DNA from: Paraglomus brasilianum | Taxonomy: Eukaryota | Assembly (NCBI GenBank): GCA_910592345.1 | Contig: CAJVPI010000298.1 | Span: 1-36,262, forward strand | Reading direction: 5' to 3' | Length of the DNA stretch: 36,262 nt | Shown here: positions 1 to 11,377 of the stretch, one piece after another | How positions within the stretch are numbered: position 1 is the first letter of the stretch | How the letters are laid out: every line of letters begins with the position of its first letter | The notes under the pieces: generated by a model | Told to the model about the DNA's origin: nothing | What the model saw: the letters and a program-made list of their open reading frames with translations, nothing else | The model's database searches: none | Made by a program: the position numbers and the translations under genes

Positions 1-128
1 ATCGGCCACAAATTATATATGTAAATCAGGTTTTGGGGTGATCTGCCACCAATTATATATATAAATTGCGTACCACCGATTATATATATAATTCCGGGAA
101 TTATATAGTGACGCAAATTATATACAAC
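1..128. mobile_element. Terminus of a DNA-transposon-like repeat (runs off window start)
   Basis: Repeated AATTATATA motifs and a 23-bp odd palindrome TATATAATTCC-G-GGAATTATATA (85-107), then TAGTGACG...TATACAAC ending in an AT run. A closely similar end occurs at 4685-4727. Superfamily not determined. Confidence 0.55.
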
Positions 129-1216
129 ATATATGTGGAAAGAAGTCACCAGACACTTTATACATTTTATTGATTTGGAAGAAATGACAGTGGTAGAAAT
201 GACAGTTCTGAAAGATGCACAAGAAGCGCGACTTTCCGTTAGACTCAGTGTGTTCGCTATATTTCTATCATTAATAAACGAATAGTTCCAGATATGCCAC
301 GATTATTTCTTGGAAGAATGGCCACAATACAACCGAAATCTGACAATAGATTAGTGCTCGTTACCCTTTGCATTGAACTCCGTAGATTTTGGTTGTATCG
401 TGACCGTTTTTCCAAGAATAAAAACATAGTATTGCTGGTTTTCATGGCTTATCTGGTCAATGTTTTGATAATGCGTAAAAAAAAAGAGCAATTTCTCGAC
501 AACGAGTACGGTCATCTTTTCTTTATTCCTTGAGACGATGCGTATCAAATCCCATTTTTCATGTTTGGATTAGACTGAGCACAATCAACCAATACAATAA
601 TTATTCATTGCGAAGAAACTGTTTGATATAATTACAACCTATAGACTTCTAATTTAATCCCATCTGAAGAAATAATGGATTTGCTCGCGGAAGATTAATT
701 AGTCTCTACCGATCGTGAGTAGTAAAGCCTGGTTTAAAGGTCACTAACTGTTCTATATTTAACTAATGCTATAGCTCCGCTCGAAAAATAGCTAAATTCC
801 TATCCCTTGATTGTTGACTCGACAGTAATTAGAATTCTAACCTTCTCTATTTGACTTTTTTCATAAAAACCCTTTGATAGCGATTACTAAATACTAATTC
901 TACTACACAATATTAAGATCACTGTATTTCATAGTACACAGTCAGACTCGATAAGTCGTTAAGTCGGCCAACGGCTTAATCGCGAGGGACTTTTATTCAC
1001 AACAAGGCTCGCTAAAGCCCAGTTCGGCTAACGGCTTAGTTGGATGTGTCTCAATAAGTCAGTTTCACGTGACAATTTGTAAGACGTACTGTATACAGTT
1101 TCTTCAATTTAATTGGTGGACCACACCCGTACGATGATTAATTGTCCAATACAATACTTACAAATTGGCTACACAAATACTTATAATTGGCAATGTTATA
1201 ACAAAAGACACTATAA

Positions 1217-1379
1217 TCATACGATAAATACAACCAAAGAGCTAAACATCATACGATTACGATTAAAGTCATACGATTAAAGCAGTAAACATATCGTTAT
1301 AATCATACGATAGACATGCACTAGACATGTCATTAGATCATACGATTAAGCCGTAAACGTGTCGTTAGAATCATACGAT
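1217..1379 (+). promoter_or_regulatory. Array of six TCATACGAT motifs (degenerate ~33-35 bp period) upstream of TATA box
   Basis: TCATACGAT at 1217, 1249, 1269, 1303, 1338 and 1371. E-box TCACGTGA at 1065-1072, TATATAAA at 1413-1420, ATG at 1485. The regulatory role is inferred. Confidence 0.55.
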
Positions 1380-1484
1380 CAAAATACTAAGATGTAGACG
1401 TTATAGATTTGCTATATAAATAAAGGCAATTGATATCCCTCTGTCTTCATTGACATCGTTAACAAAGCTTGCGACATAAACATA

Positions 1485-2492
1485 ATGGAATCAGAAAATA
1501 TCAATACTGTTGGATCTTCTAGCAACCGTACGGGTAAAGGTGGAAGTAAAAAAGGAAGAAAATTAACAACCCTTACAGCTCTCAAGAAAAAAGAATTATG
1601 TGAATATAAAAGTGTCAATCCGAATGCTAGCAATGAAGAAATTGCACAATTATTTCAGATAGGTAAATCAACAGTAGGAGACATTCTAAGAAAAAAAGAC
1701 AAATGGATTTCAATTGAAGAACATTTGGACAAAAGACGTAACCGCGAAGCAGAGTGGCCCAAAGTAGAGGAAGCGTTGGCAATTTGGATAGATCTCGCCA
1801 ACAGAGCAAATTACACAATAACAGGTGCAATATTGGCTCAGAAGGCTGTGGAATTTGCGCAAAAACTTAATATCCCCAATTTTACTGCATCAAAGGTGAG
1901 CAACATATCTTTTATTACTCACTATTTTCAAGGATTAAGTATTAATTTCTAGTTCATACTTTAATTATCAACTATTAAATAGGGTTGGATGTCCAATTTT
2001 AAAAAAAGAAACAATATTAAGCAATATCGCATAACAGGCGAGGCAAATAGCGCACCAGTCGAAGATTTACCAACGTACAGGCAGGAATTGCATCAAACGG
2101 AAGATATGTTGATTGAAATCGAAGAAAACAATGAAACAGTTGTACAATCTCTTCTCAACCAGATGGACATGACAGATTTGGCGGCAAACGATTATATTGA
2201 CATTGATTCAAGCTTGGAACTAACTCAAGTAATTGATGACAATAAAATTATCGATTCAGTTCAAGATACAATTGAAAATGAAGAAGGAGCAGAACAAGAC
2301 AAATGTCCGTCAGTTTCACATAAAATAGCTTTAGAAAGCATCCAAAATTTACTGAACTATTTACAACAATCGAATAATGTGAGTGTAAGCAGTTCTGTGT
2401 TGTCAGGAATGAAAGATTTACAACGTCAGATAAGAAGAAAACAAGTCGATTCTCTAAGACAAGCTAGTCTGCAAGATTATTTTGCGATGTAA
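1485..2492 (+). CDS. CENP-B/Tigger-like DNA-binding protein (two HTH domains + acidic C-terminus), DDE catalytic domain absent; join(1485..1895,1983..2492), 306 aa
   Basis: KKKELC...NEEIAQLFQIGKSTVGDILRKKDKW (CENP-B N HTH) and WPKVEEALAIW...ITGAILAQKAVEFA...FTASK|GWMSNFKKRNNI (Tc5-type HTH) across a GT-AG intron at 1896-1982. GEANSA is followed after about 14 aa by the C-terminal region containing DYIDID...QASLQDYF. Confidence 0.85.
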
Positions 2493-2694
2493 TTATGTTT
2501 ATATATTAGTGTATTAATAAACGGTTTAATTAAATGTGTATCTTCGATCACGTACGTGGTTTTCGATAAGTCGGCCATTTGAGGCGGGAGAGTCTGACTG
2601 TGTAATCTTGAAGTTGCTGCAGCTTGAATTAATCTACATGTCTGGAAGACTTTGAACTGATACTAATAACCAGTCAGACAAAATAAATTATATA

Positions 2695-3247
2695 CAGAGG
2701 GTCGCCAAAAGCCTCCGAACGATTTCTGGCTCAATATTAAACTTAGATTTTTAATACTTAAGCTTAACTTTTTATTTAAACAGGGTCTGGTCTATATTTC
2801 GTACTAAGTGACTAGTACTTGATCGGGCATCATCACGGCTTGAATTTGTTGTGGCATGTTATCAACCAAATTTTCGATAGTATGTATAGGGATGCCTTTT
2901 TAACACATCGGTCAAGTTCAGCAATATTGGAAGGGTGTTTTTCCTTTCCCGAGTGCTTTTCTTGACTATGGCCCATAGACACTCCACACCCGACGGTAGT
3001 AGCAATAGTCCGATAACTGTCACCACGTTGACGGCAATAAATTATTGCACCACCTTGTTCTTTTGTTAATTCTTTGAACATTTTTTGTTGTTTAGATAAT
3101 TAAGTTGATTTTAAGCTAAAACTCTGCCTAACACGCTGTTTTTATGCTTGATTCACGTAAACAGGATCGCAATTGTATTGCCATTAAGTCATGTGACGTC
3201 AAGAACTACTTAATAAACGCCGTTCGGAGACTTTTGGCGACCCTCTG
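2695..3247 (-). mobile_element. Non-autonomous Tc1-like element (553 bp)
   Basis: 27-bp TIRs CAGAGGGTCGCCAAAAGCCTCCGAACG (2695-2721) and CGTTCGGAGACTTTTGGCGACCCTCTG (3221-3247), one mismatch, flanked by TA. Confidence 0.92.
2833..3081 (-). pseudogene. Internally deleted Tc1-type transposase remnant
   Basis: An N-terminal HTH (KELTKEQGGAIIYCRQRGDSYRTIATTVGCGVS) is joined directly to a C-terminal-like segment (PSNIAELDRCVKKA). It lies within the TIRs. Confidence 0.75.
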
Positions 3248-3253
3248 TATATA

Positions 3254-3631
3254 CAGTTCCCAAAAAAGTAATGGCAGGGTAATTTTCACATAATATTATT
3301 CGAAATCTGTGTATAGTAATAATTATTTAATCTTATAGATAAAAGTAGCATATTATTCGGTACAGCATGTTTTAAAAAAATTTTCCATTTTAAATATCAA
3401 ATATTGTCTTCTTAATAACCACTGATTGAATTTTAGTAAAAATTAATGTCATTAGATAATCTTGATATAAAAAAGAAGCTTATGACACCAACAGCTGCAC
3501 TTAAAATTAGGCAACTTTATGGTAAAAGCATATCTTTTCCAAATATTTGGAAAATTAAAATTTTGTATAGTTATTATGCCCGTTATATTGCTTCAGAAAA
3601 AGCACCCCACTATTACTTTTCAGTGAGACTA
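3254..3631. mobile_element. Old degenerate Tc1-like MITE directly adjacent to the previous element
   Basis: TA|CAGTTCCCAAAAAAGTAATGGCAGGGT versus the reverse complement of the right end TA|TAGTCTCACTGAAAAGTAATAGTGGGGT. Imperfect TIR with mostly transition mismatches; AT-rich interior. Confidence 0.5.
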
Positions 3632-4251
3632 TAACTGATTGCACCTGATTATGCTACTGATAGATTTTACATGTAGTCAACCATATTTGATCTATTATAC
3701 TCCGTGAATCCGAATATTGATCGTCCGGACATAAGAACAACAAGAATGAATATGAGTATTACATGAAAGTATTTTAACACAAACGTATGTGTGATGTGTC
3801 ATTGCTGCGGATGTGTGCTCGACCTTCTACAGCAAAACGAGATGCAGCTTTTTCTAACGTAGAAGACAGAAATAGACTTGCCACCGAAATTCTGAGACTT
3901 AAATTCGCTAGTTGCAGTATGCTTCCGATTGGAGTAAAAAGGGCTATATAAAGAATTCTCCCCCCACAGTCATCCAAAGTGAAAAAGATGAGCTCGGGAA
4001 GTATTATTATGTATATCTGGATGATTGGCCAATGATTTGGTATATGTTTACTATTACAGTCATACCTCGTTTATATCCCCCACTTTGGGACCCAGGATTT
4101 TTGGGGATATATCTGAGGTGGGATTACAACTGAGGTATAGCATTTCAATAAATAATATTGTGTCTAATTTTATTGGTTAATAAATTCCATTAGTGACGTC
4201 GACCTTTCTCTAAGCACTTAACTATTATATTGCGCATATATCTAATATCAT

Positions 4252-4470
4252 TTTTGTTGTAAATTCTCTTTGTTCTAAAAACTTTCTGGCTGTCACAAGT
4301 GCTTCTCTTCTCACCTTTACAGAAATATTTTCTTCTTCTCTCTCACTTGAGTCTTCTATATCTACTTGTGTCGGTTGTAAGACGCCTCGAATTTATTCAA
4401 CGAGTTCTTCATCAGTAGGTAATTCTGCACTAACCAAACTATTATCCGTTGTCAAACTATCTAATGAGGG
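4252..4470 (-). pseudogene. Pogo/Tigger transposase C-terminal remnant
   Basis: The minus strand reads ...DNSLVSAELPTDEELVE*IRGVLQPTQVDIEDSSEREEENISVKVRREALVTARKFLEQ. This is the same acidic + helix layout as the C-terminus of the 1485-2492 protein, with an internal stop. Confidence 0.6.
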
Positions 4471-4494
4471 ATAGCATACTTTATATTCTAATTT

Positions 4495-4727
4495 ATCATA
4501 TCGCCTAATTTTTATGGTCTAATTTTATTTATGGTCTGATTTTATTGTTATGACCAGATTTTATTTATCACCTAAATTTATGACCTGATTTTACGACTTA
4601 TCGCCTGATTTTATTTATGGCCAGATTTTATTGCGTCGTCGCCTAACCAAACGAAGCAAATGACCGACTTATCCCGCATTTAAATATGTAAATCCGGGAT
4701 TTACATAGTGACGGGATTTACATACAA
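4495..4727. mobile_element. Nested terminal fragment of a repeat related to the element at 1-128
   Basis: Tandem degenerate TTAT(G/C)(G/A)CCT(G/A)ATTTT units (4495-4632), palindrome TATGTAAATCC-G-GGATTTACATA (4685-4707), then TAGTGACG...CATACAA ending in a (TA)n run. Confidence 0.55.
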
Positions 4728-7660
4728 TATATATATATATTTCTATATGTATAGAAATGGCATAATACATAACGGGATATAAAATTGGGAAACTGGGGAT
4801 TGTGAAAGTTGGGGAAATTCGGGATATAACTGAAGGGGGTATAACTGTACGAAGTCCAGACGTAAAAATTTAGTACTATATTATGTGAGCAAAATACGAT
4901 ATAAAGTCTTACTATTAGAGTATAATAAGATAAATTTTAACATCAGGCACATTTACTTGTTGATTAGATGGTTCAAGTCTTTTGTTATGTTGACATAAAT
5001 TTTCTAGCAGCTTTGCAACAAGTTATTTTATTTGCCTTAAAATTGATTAGACATATGTTTAAAGGTATGATTTGTAGCACCGAATCAAAAATGGATACAA
5101 CGTGTAACTGATAAGGTTCGCTGTAACATAAACAGTGACACTGTGTGCTTTCGTACTTCCAAATAAGAATTATTGACTGTCATACTTGCTTGTCATTCCG
5201 TATTTCAAATAAAAAACGTTAGAATTTTCAGAATAAATCTAACGTCGCAGACAAAGGGGGCTTTGATAAGTGCTCGGCAATACAAATAACAAAAAAAAAA
5301 AAAAAAAGACTGACCAGGATGTGATTTATACGACAAGTTTGGGTTGTGGGCTAAAAACTCTGCGCCAACTAATCGCCTAATCGACCGGTTATCTTTTTTA
5401 TTTGGGTTGATCATCAGTCAGGCAATAATTAAGTGGGCATAATATGGATAGACAGCCGGATAGCCGGATAGCCTTAACTTCAATTATATTTAGTGACTAA
5501 TGTGGTTAGGAAGCTATAGGATACATTTGTTAGAGCTTTCTCGATGCAAACTATTTATTCATATTTTTGTCAATTGTTACCAACACATGCTACCACTGTT
5601 TCTTTGCGCCAAGCTAATAAAACATAACTTTAAAGTTTAATCTTCGTCGTTTATAAAACATGTCTGTATATGAACGACAATACGTTGTAAAAAGCAACGA
5701 ATTTGAAATATGAGAAACGTTTGATCGACAATTGCATGAACAATACAAACATTTATATTGACCACAAAATGCCAAAATGAGCCAAGTGTAACGTCTAATA
5801 CCACGAGTCTAACTGAGTAAGTAACCGACAATCAGAAAACAATAGGTGTTTACAATAACACTCGGCGATCGAAGATAAGAATTTACAATGGTAATAGTGC
5901 TTGATAGACAATATTATATGCTTCACGCGTAACAGTACCATTTACAATGAGCGGCCCATTAAGAACTGTCTTATTGTATCCAACAGAAACAATAAAGTAG
6001 CTAAATGCAAATAGCGCTGAACCCCAGAGCTAAAGCTATACCACATACTATGACAAGTTGTAACAGTGAATCACAACCACACGGACTACAATTTCGATTT
6101 TGTGACAGCAGCAAGTTCATTTATTACGTTATTGAGTCACCCATGTAACGGTTTATGAATATGGTCAAATTGTTAAGGATACAAAATTTTGATGTAAATA
6201 AAATAATCAATCAAAAAGAGGAAGTGAGTACAATAGAGATACTGTGTATATAATAATACGCTATTATAAAATAGTATAGTAGACTGTGTGGGAAGTTTAT
6301 TATTAAAAGTACAATACTTTGCTTATTCCGACAAAAACAGTAGGTGATGTTTCAAGAGGCATAAGCGATTCGGAGCAAAGATAGTAAGATGAGATAACGA
6401 TAAAGGCTGAAAAGAAGTATTAAAGCAGGAAAGGAGAATTTGTATAAATGCATTTGATATTTTTATTATGATAAATAAATTATACATTCCATTGTATTGT
6501 GTTGGGGGGAGACTCGAATGGTTGACCGAGAAACAGTATTAATAATTTAATATGTAGTTTACTATTGGCATCAATTTATCCATCATTTAAGATGTTTGAT
6601 TAAGTTGCCGTTCACTCCTTAGGCGCTTGCATTCTATCTCATTTTCTCCTTGCATGCGGCGCATAACTATACAGATGCAACCTTTTGATTACTGTCGATA
6701 CGATCTGACTACGTCTGCAAGTGGTATCATTACGTCTGTAAGAGGTATCATTAATTATGACTACGCCTTAACAGCGTTTCATATGAGATGATGGCGTAGT
6801 TGAGGACATTCATGAGTGTTTGTTTGTGTGCTCATTGTTGATTATCTTGTCTACTAAATTTTTACGAGTTGCACTCCCCCCAATTTACTTACCCCCTTAT
6901 GCTGCAAAACGACACACAGATATCCAAAATAAATAGCTCTTGGTACAACAATGGGTGTCAATGGAGATAACATGAAAATTTTGCGCTTTTGCCCGCTTAT
7001 CGTACTTTGTGTGTACTCCAGCACTGGTTAATCAAAAAAACATGTATCACCGTTATTGGTTACAAACAATTGAGAATTGGGCATATTCACGAGCAAGTAA
7101 AGTCGGCACATAAATAACTATCTATCTCTCATCTTATTAACACCAATGGTGAATGTTGTCGAAACATCTAATGTATGAGTCATAATAACCATCATCACTG
7201 CGCAATTTCCTCCGTGAATATAATAAGAATATCTACTGTAATATTTAGAATACAACTATATATATATTTGTATAAGCTAAATACCACTTGGATAGTTGGT
7301 ATGGTACAACGTCGTTTCATTCATAAACAATCGTTCCTTATCTTCTTTTACTTGTAGAGAATAGACTGTTGCCACGTTAGTTGGATAAATGTTTAAGCGA
7401 ATCACATAAATTACACTATTAACAGTATAAATAATCATCACGAATAAAGAATTGGTAAAGTAATTTATATTACAATAATAATAATATATATAATAATTTT
7501 ACTGTACAGACATACTGTATGTATATTTATATATTCCCATCACCCTTTTTCCAAGGGGAAAAGAAAAATCAACTACACATCCTCCCCACTCGGACTGTAT
7601 TTGCTTAATAAAATAAAGAACAACATAATAAAGCCCGTTAGCAGTTCCACATTGGAAAAT

Positions 7661-10600
7661 ATGACAGCGAAACCAAAGGCCGACCTACACATCGCAATCC
7701 CAACTACACCAACGTTTCCTTCAACACAGGATCCAATAACCGACACTTGTACTGTTGACTCTCGTTTTGCTGACACTTGCACTGTTGACGGTTGCTCTAC
7801 CACAACTAAAATTCAAATGTTTGCCAATCGACGACTATCTGTCATGCGTGTATCGTCAAACGATGACATTGACAACTATGTTTTGCCATTTTCTAACACA
7901 AACACTAATAACACAATATCGTCAACGATGCCTTTGCGTGATGATTATAATGGGGAAAAGGAGAGAAGAGGGATAGGGAATAGAGAATGGGGAGGTAGAA
8001 TTACACTTGCGTGGCGAAGACTTGTAGATAGATTACGTGCTGCTACTTCTGCTGCAGCTACTTCTGCTGCAGCTACGATGGCTACAGCAGTCAATGTTTC
8101 TACGGCGGCTAGTATTACTAATGCTGTTGCTAATGCTGATGATAACGTTAATGCTGCTGCTAATGCTGATGATAACGTTAATGCTGCTGCTTATGCCACT
8201 AATGCTGTTAATGCCACTGATACTTCTACCGCCTCATGTGACGTACCATCCTTCACCTTTGTTGCAAAATTATGTGCATACTCTAGATATGTCCGATCCA
8301 AATTAACCTGGCCTATGACTAAAAAAGTCCTCAGAGCGGCTGTTGCATATTGGTTGGCATTCCTAATCGAATTGATTGTACCCGTAATGTCTGCCATTGG
8401 GCCCGCTACTTTTCTTGCCGTTGTTGCTGTTGTGTATTTCCAACCTGCTCGAACGTGTGGGGCATTATGGGAGGTGAGTTGTGGGGACTGAATTGAACCG
8501 ATTGTGTGATGATGATGACTGTTGTCATATGATAAACTTGAGACGTGATCGACATATGTTACGTAATACATTGTCCCCACCTCCCCGGTGAACAGTGATT
8601 TCCGACTATCAAGTGTTTACGTTGATTATCGTTGCTACTTTTGTCATCATTACCATGGCCACATACTATTGCTATCGCTGTCACATTCGTCATCCTCTTC
8701 GACCAAAGATCACAAGTTATCCTTACTAACACATTCCCACCACTTGCATTAAATTAGAGCGTATTCTGGGGTATAATTGGCGTAAGCTTCGGTACTCTTC
8801 TTTCATTTACAGCAATAGAGCTTGGCAACTATGTACGCGGAGATGAAGTATTCAATTACGGAGCAGCAGCCATATACCTCATTAGCTTATCAATTGGAAC
8901 GTTTGTTATATCTTACGTAAAGATAAAATGGCCAACGATGAGATTTGGATCGGTATATGCGTTGATTGTAATAGTATTCTCATTGTCCACAGCATATATT
9001 CAACCCGCCATGAGTAAAGTAATGTTGGTAAGTAGAAATAATTAGGTATCTAAAATTGCGATATAACACTTGAGAATCATTTCGCCTATCTGACGCTTTT
9101 CCTCTTTCTAACCTTTTAAAGCGCAATTTGGTAATCCCAATGTTCATCGGCCCGATCATCTCTCTGGTCGTAAATCAACTTTTATGGCCCGAACACGGCA
9201 CAACAAACTATATTCCCCATTTGATAGAGACATTGCATAGCTTTATTGCACTACTCGAACACGAAACATCTTTCTTCCTCCGTAACACATACAACAAATC
9301 AACCATTTGTTCACTTCAGAAGAAAGCGCAAAAGAATTTAATGAATCTACAAAACGTCAAGAGAGATTCATTGCACGAAATTTCATACTCGAAAATAGGC
9401 CCAATGGATCTAATTGAAATCGGCAAAATCGTCAAACAAATGCACATGCCTCTAGACGGACTGGCCCTAAGTGGGATGATAGAAGAACAACTCGTATGCG
9501 ATGAATCCAATAACGTTCCGGAAGTGAGAGTAGACTTTTTGGACGAAAACGCATCGTACATCGACGACGAGCCGCCACCATCACCAACGGGAAACACACG
9601 CGACTTTCAACACCTCCTCGAAATCATCCGTCCTATCTGTACCGACCTCGCCAAAGCCTGTCAAATCTGTCTCGAAGACTGTGCTTCTCGCATTGCCCAC
9701 CTTCGTCATGATTGTCATCCATCATGGTACAAGGTCTGGTGCAAGGGATGCAATGAAGACGATATCAAGAACTTACTACCAGATCCTATGGCCGTAATGT
9801 CTGACGCTTTGGAAAAGTTTCACGATGCAAGAAACGAGGGACTAAAAAAACTGTTCATTGCAAATGAAACTATCAGTCCATCCCCACAACGACTAGCGTT
9901 ACTGCTGCTCTTATTCGAACACAACCTCGAAGAATTCGCTGTAGGCTTACAAGTTCTTATTGGCCTAGTTAAACACCTGGAATCGTCCCGTAGAAAGAAA
10001 CAACTCTGGTGGCCTCCTATGCCGTTCTTAAAACGCATCCAAATAAGAAAAGCAATCGAAGAAGGAACTTGGAAAGTAGTGGAACCCGATCCTCGTATCG
10101 ATGATGACATGGGCGAAGGCGAGGACGATTTCTGCGATCCTGACGTTAGAGTTCCTCATACAAAGTCTCAAATATTCTGGTATCGGTTGTGGAAGATACG
10201 AAACTGGCTCGGTGGCAAATACGTTCGGTTCGCAATGAAGAATACGCTTATTGTTACACTTTTGATGCTACCTTGTTTTATACCATCTACGTCATCGACG
10301 TTTCAAAGCTGGCGGGGCCAATGGGCAGTTATTACGGCTATATTGGCATTCTGGCCTACTACCGGGGGAGCCATCTTGCAATTCATATGTCGTATCTGTG
10401 GATCATTTGTCGGAGCTGGATTGGCTGTTATTGCTTGGTTGATTACGGGGGGTAATCCAATCGGATTGGCCGCGACGTTGTTCTTCATATCGTTATTCCT
10501 TTGGTTCATATTTCACAATACTCGAATGTGGACAGTTGGAAGCGTTATCATGTTAATTACATTCCCGCTAGTACTCGGAAATGAATATCAGAATGTACAC

Positions 10601-11377
10601 GGAGTTGGCCATTACGACGAGGATATCTTCCTTTTGGCTGGTAAACGTACGCTAGCAGTTTCAACCGGTATATTCACTGCTTTCATCATGGCTATCCTCC
10701 CATGGCCACACACGGGAAGAGTAGAAATAAGACATCGACTGGCACGAACGATATCTCAAGTTGGAGTGTTGTATTCAATGACAATAGCATTTTTCCTAAA
10801 AGACGATTCTTCTCCGTGTGTTCACACGACAAAGACGTTCAGAAAGTTGTTGAGGAGAATCCAGCGATCGACCAACACAGAACGGTTACTCTTATCGAGA
10901 ACAAAATACGAACCACCACTTCGGGGCGATTTCCCACGAGACTTGTACGGAGATATGATCGATGTCGTCGAACGTATGACCTGTATCATTGCGAGAATGG
11001 CACACACGCTTACTAGTCTCGATGAAGAATGGAAAGAGAACATCCGTAATGTGCTCAAACGACCATCAAAGAGATATTATGTCACGCATATCCTAGTAGC
11101 ATTCCACATTCTCTCTAATGCCCTCGAGCGTCGATCTCCATTACCACCATATTCGATAGCCCCGAAAAAAGTATCAAAGGCTGGAATAAAATTTTGGAGT
11201 AAAGTGAAGACGTTGAACGAGTTGACCGAGGAACAATTGGCCAGGCCGGCATATGCTTGTTATTGTGCATATCTTATTAAAACCGGTCACTTGGGGAATG
11301 AATTGATTAAGTTGGTGGATGTTATGAGGCAATTAGTTGGAATTAACAGATTTGTGAAAGAATTGATTGATTTCTAG
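7661..11377 (+). CDS. ArAE/FUSC-family (aromatic acid exporter-like, Bre4/YGL140C-like) multi-pass membrane protein; join(7661..8473,8758..9027,9122..11377), ~1112 aa
   Basis: N-terminal TM block (KKVLRAAVAYWLAFLI...FQPARTCGALWE|SVFWGIIG...LVVNQLLWPE) and a second FUSC-like block (RFAMKNTLIV...RGQWAVIT...PTTGGAILQFICRICGSFVGA...KRTLAVSTGI...LPWPHTGRVEIR...TKYEPPLRGDFP...RRSPLPPY). Both introns are phase 0 and keep the frame. Confidence 0.85.
8039..8230 (+). repeat. Coding low-complexity Ala/Asn/Thr repeat
   Basis: 15-bp GCTACTTCTGCTGCA x2 and a perfect 30-bp TAATGCTGATGATAACGTTAATGCTGCTGC x2 (8131-8190), encoding AATSAAATSAAAT...NADDNVNAAA x2. Confidence 0.85.

Larger units (their letters stand above)
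937..2602 (+). mobile_element. Pogo/Tigger-like (Tc1/mariner superfamily) element, internally deleted
   Basis: TA|CACAGTCAGACTC (937-949) ... GAGTCTGACTGTG|TA (2590-2602): perfect 13-bp TIR with TA on both sides. Subterminal CGATAAGTCG motifs; contains a CENP-B-like ORF. Confidence 0.9.
4057..4847 (-). mobile_element. Degenerate pogo/Tigger-like element with nested insertion
   Basis: TA|CAGTCATACCTCGTTTATATCCC ... GGGATATAACTGAAGGGGGTATAACTG|TA, an imperfect TIR. Repeated GGGATATA subterminal motifs and a transposase C-terminal remnant inside. Confidence 0.7.

Noticed and set aside
136..620. Short ORFs 257-548 as a gene
   Set aside because: No recognisable motif and multiple stops in all frames; at most an unidentifiable relic.
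1217..1379. CRISPR-like repeat-spacer appearance
   Set aside because: The constant core is only 9 bp, spacers are related to one another, spacing is irregular, the context is eukaryotic and there are no cas genes.
1065..2492. Centromere signal (CDEI-like TCACGTG plus CENP-B-like gene)
   Set aside because: Point centromeres are specific to budding yeasts, and both features are explained by the transposon.
3774..4133. ORFs 3774-3977 and 3912-4133
   Set aside because: Short with no family motif, and the second runs into the TIR at 4057; possibly a decayed gene fragment but unsupported.
5637..6150. Hydrophobic minus-strand peptide fragments
   Set aside because: Interrupted by stops, with no consistent splice model or recognisable family.
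6710..6752. 21-bp direct duplication TACGTCTG(C/T)AAG(T/A)GGTATCAT
   Set aside because: Only two copies; ordinary local slippage.
8191..11058. Antisense and alternate-frame ORFs over the transporter (likewise over the kinase, LAM and Pro-rich genes, e.g. 26900-27382)
   Set aside because: Shadow ORFs explained by the codon bias and low complexity of the real genes.
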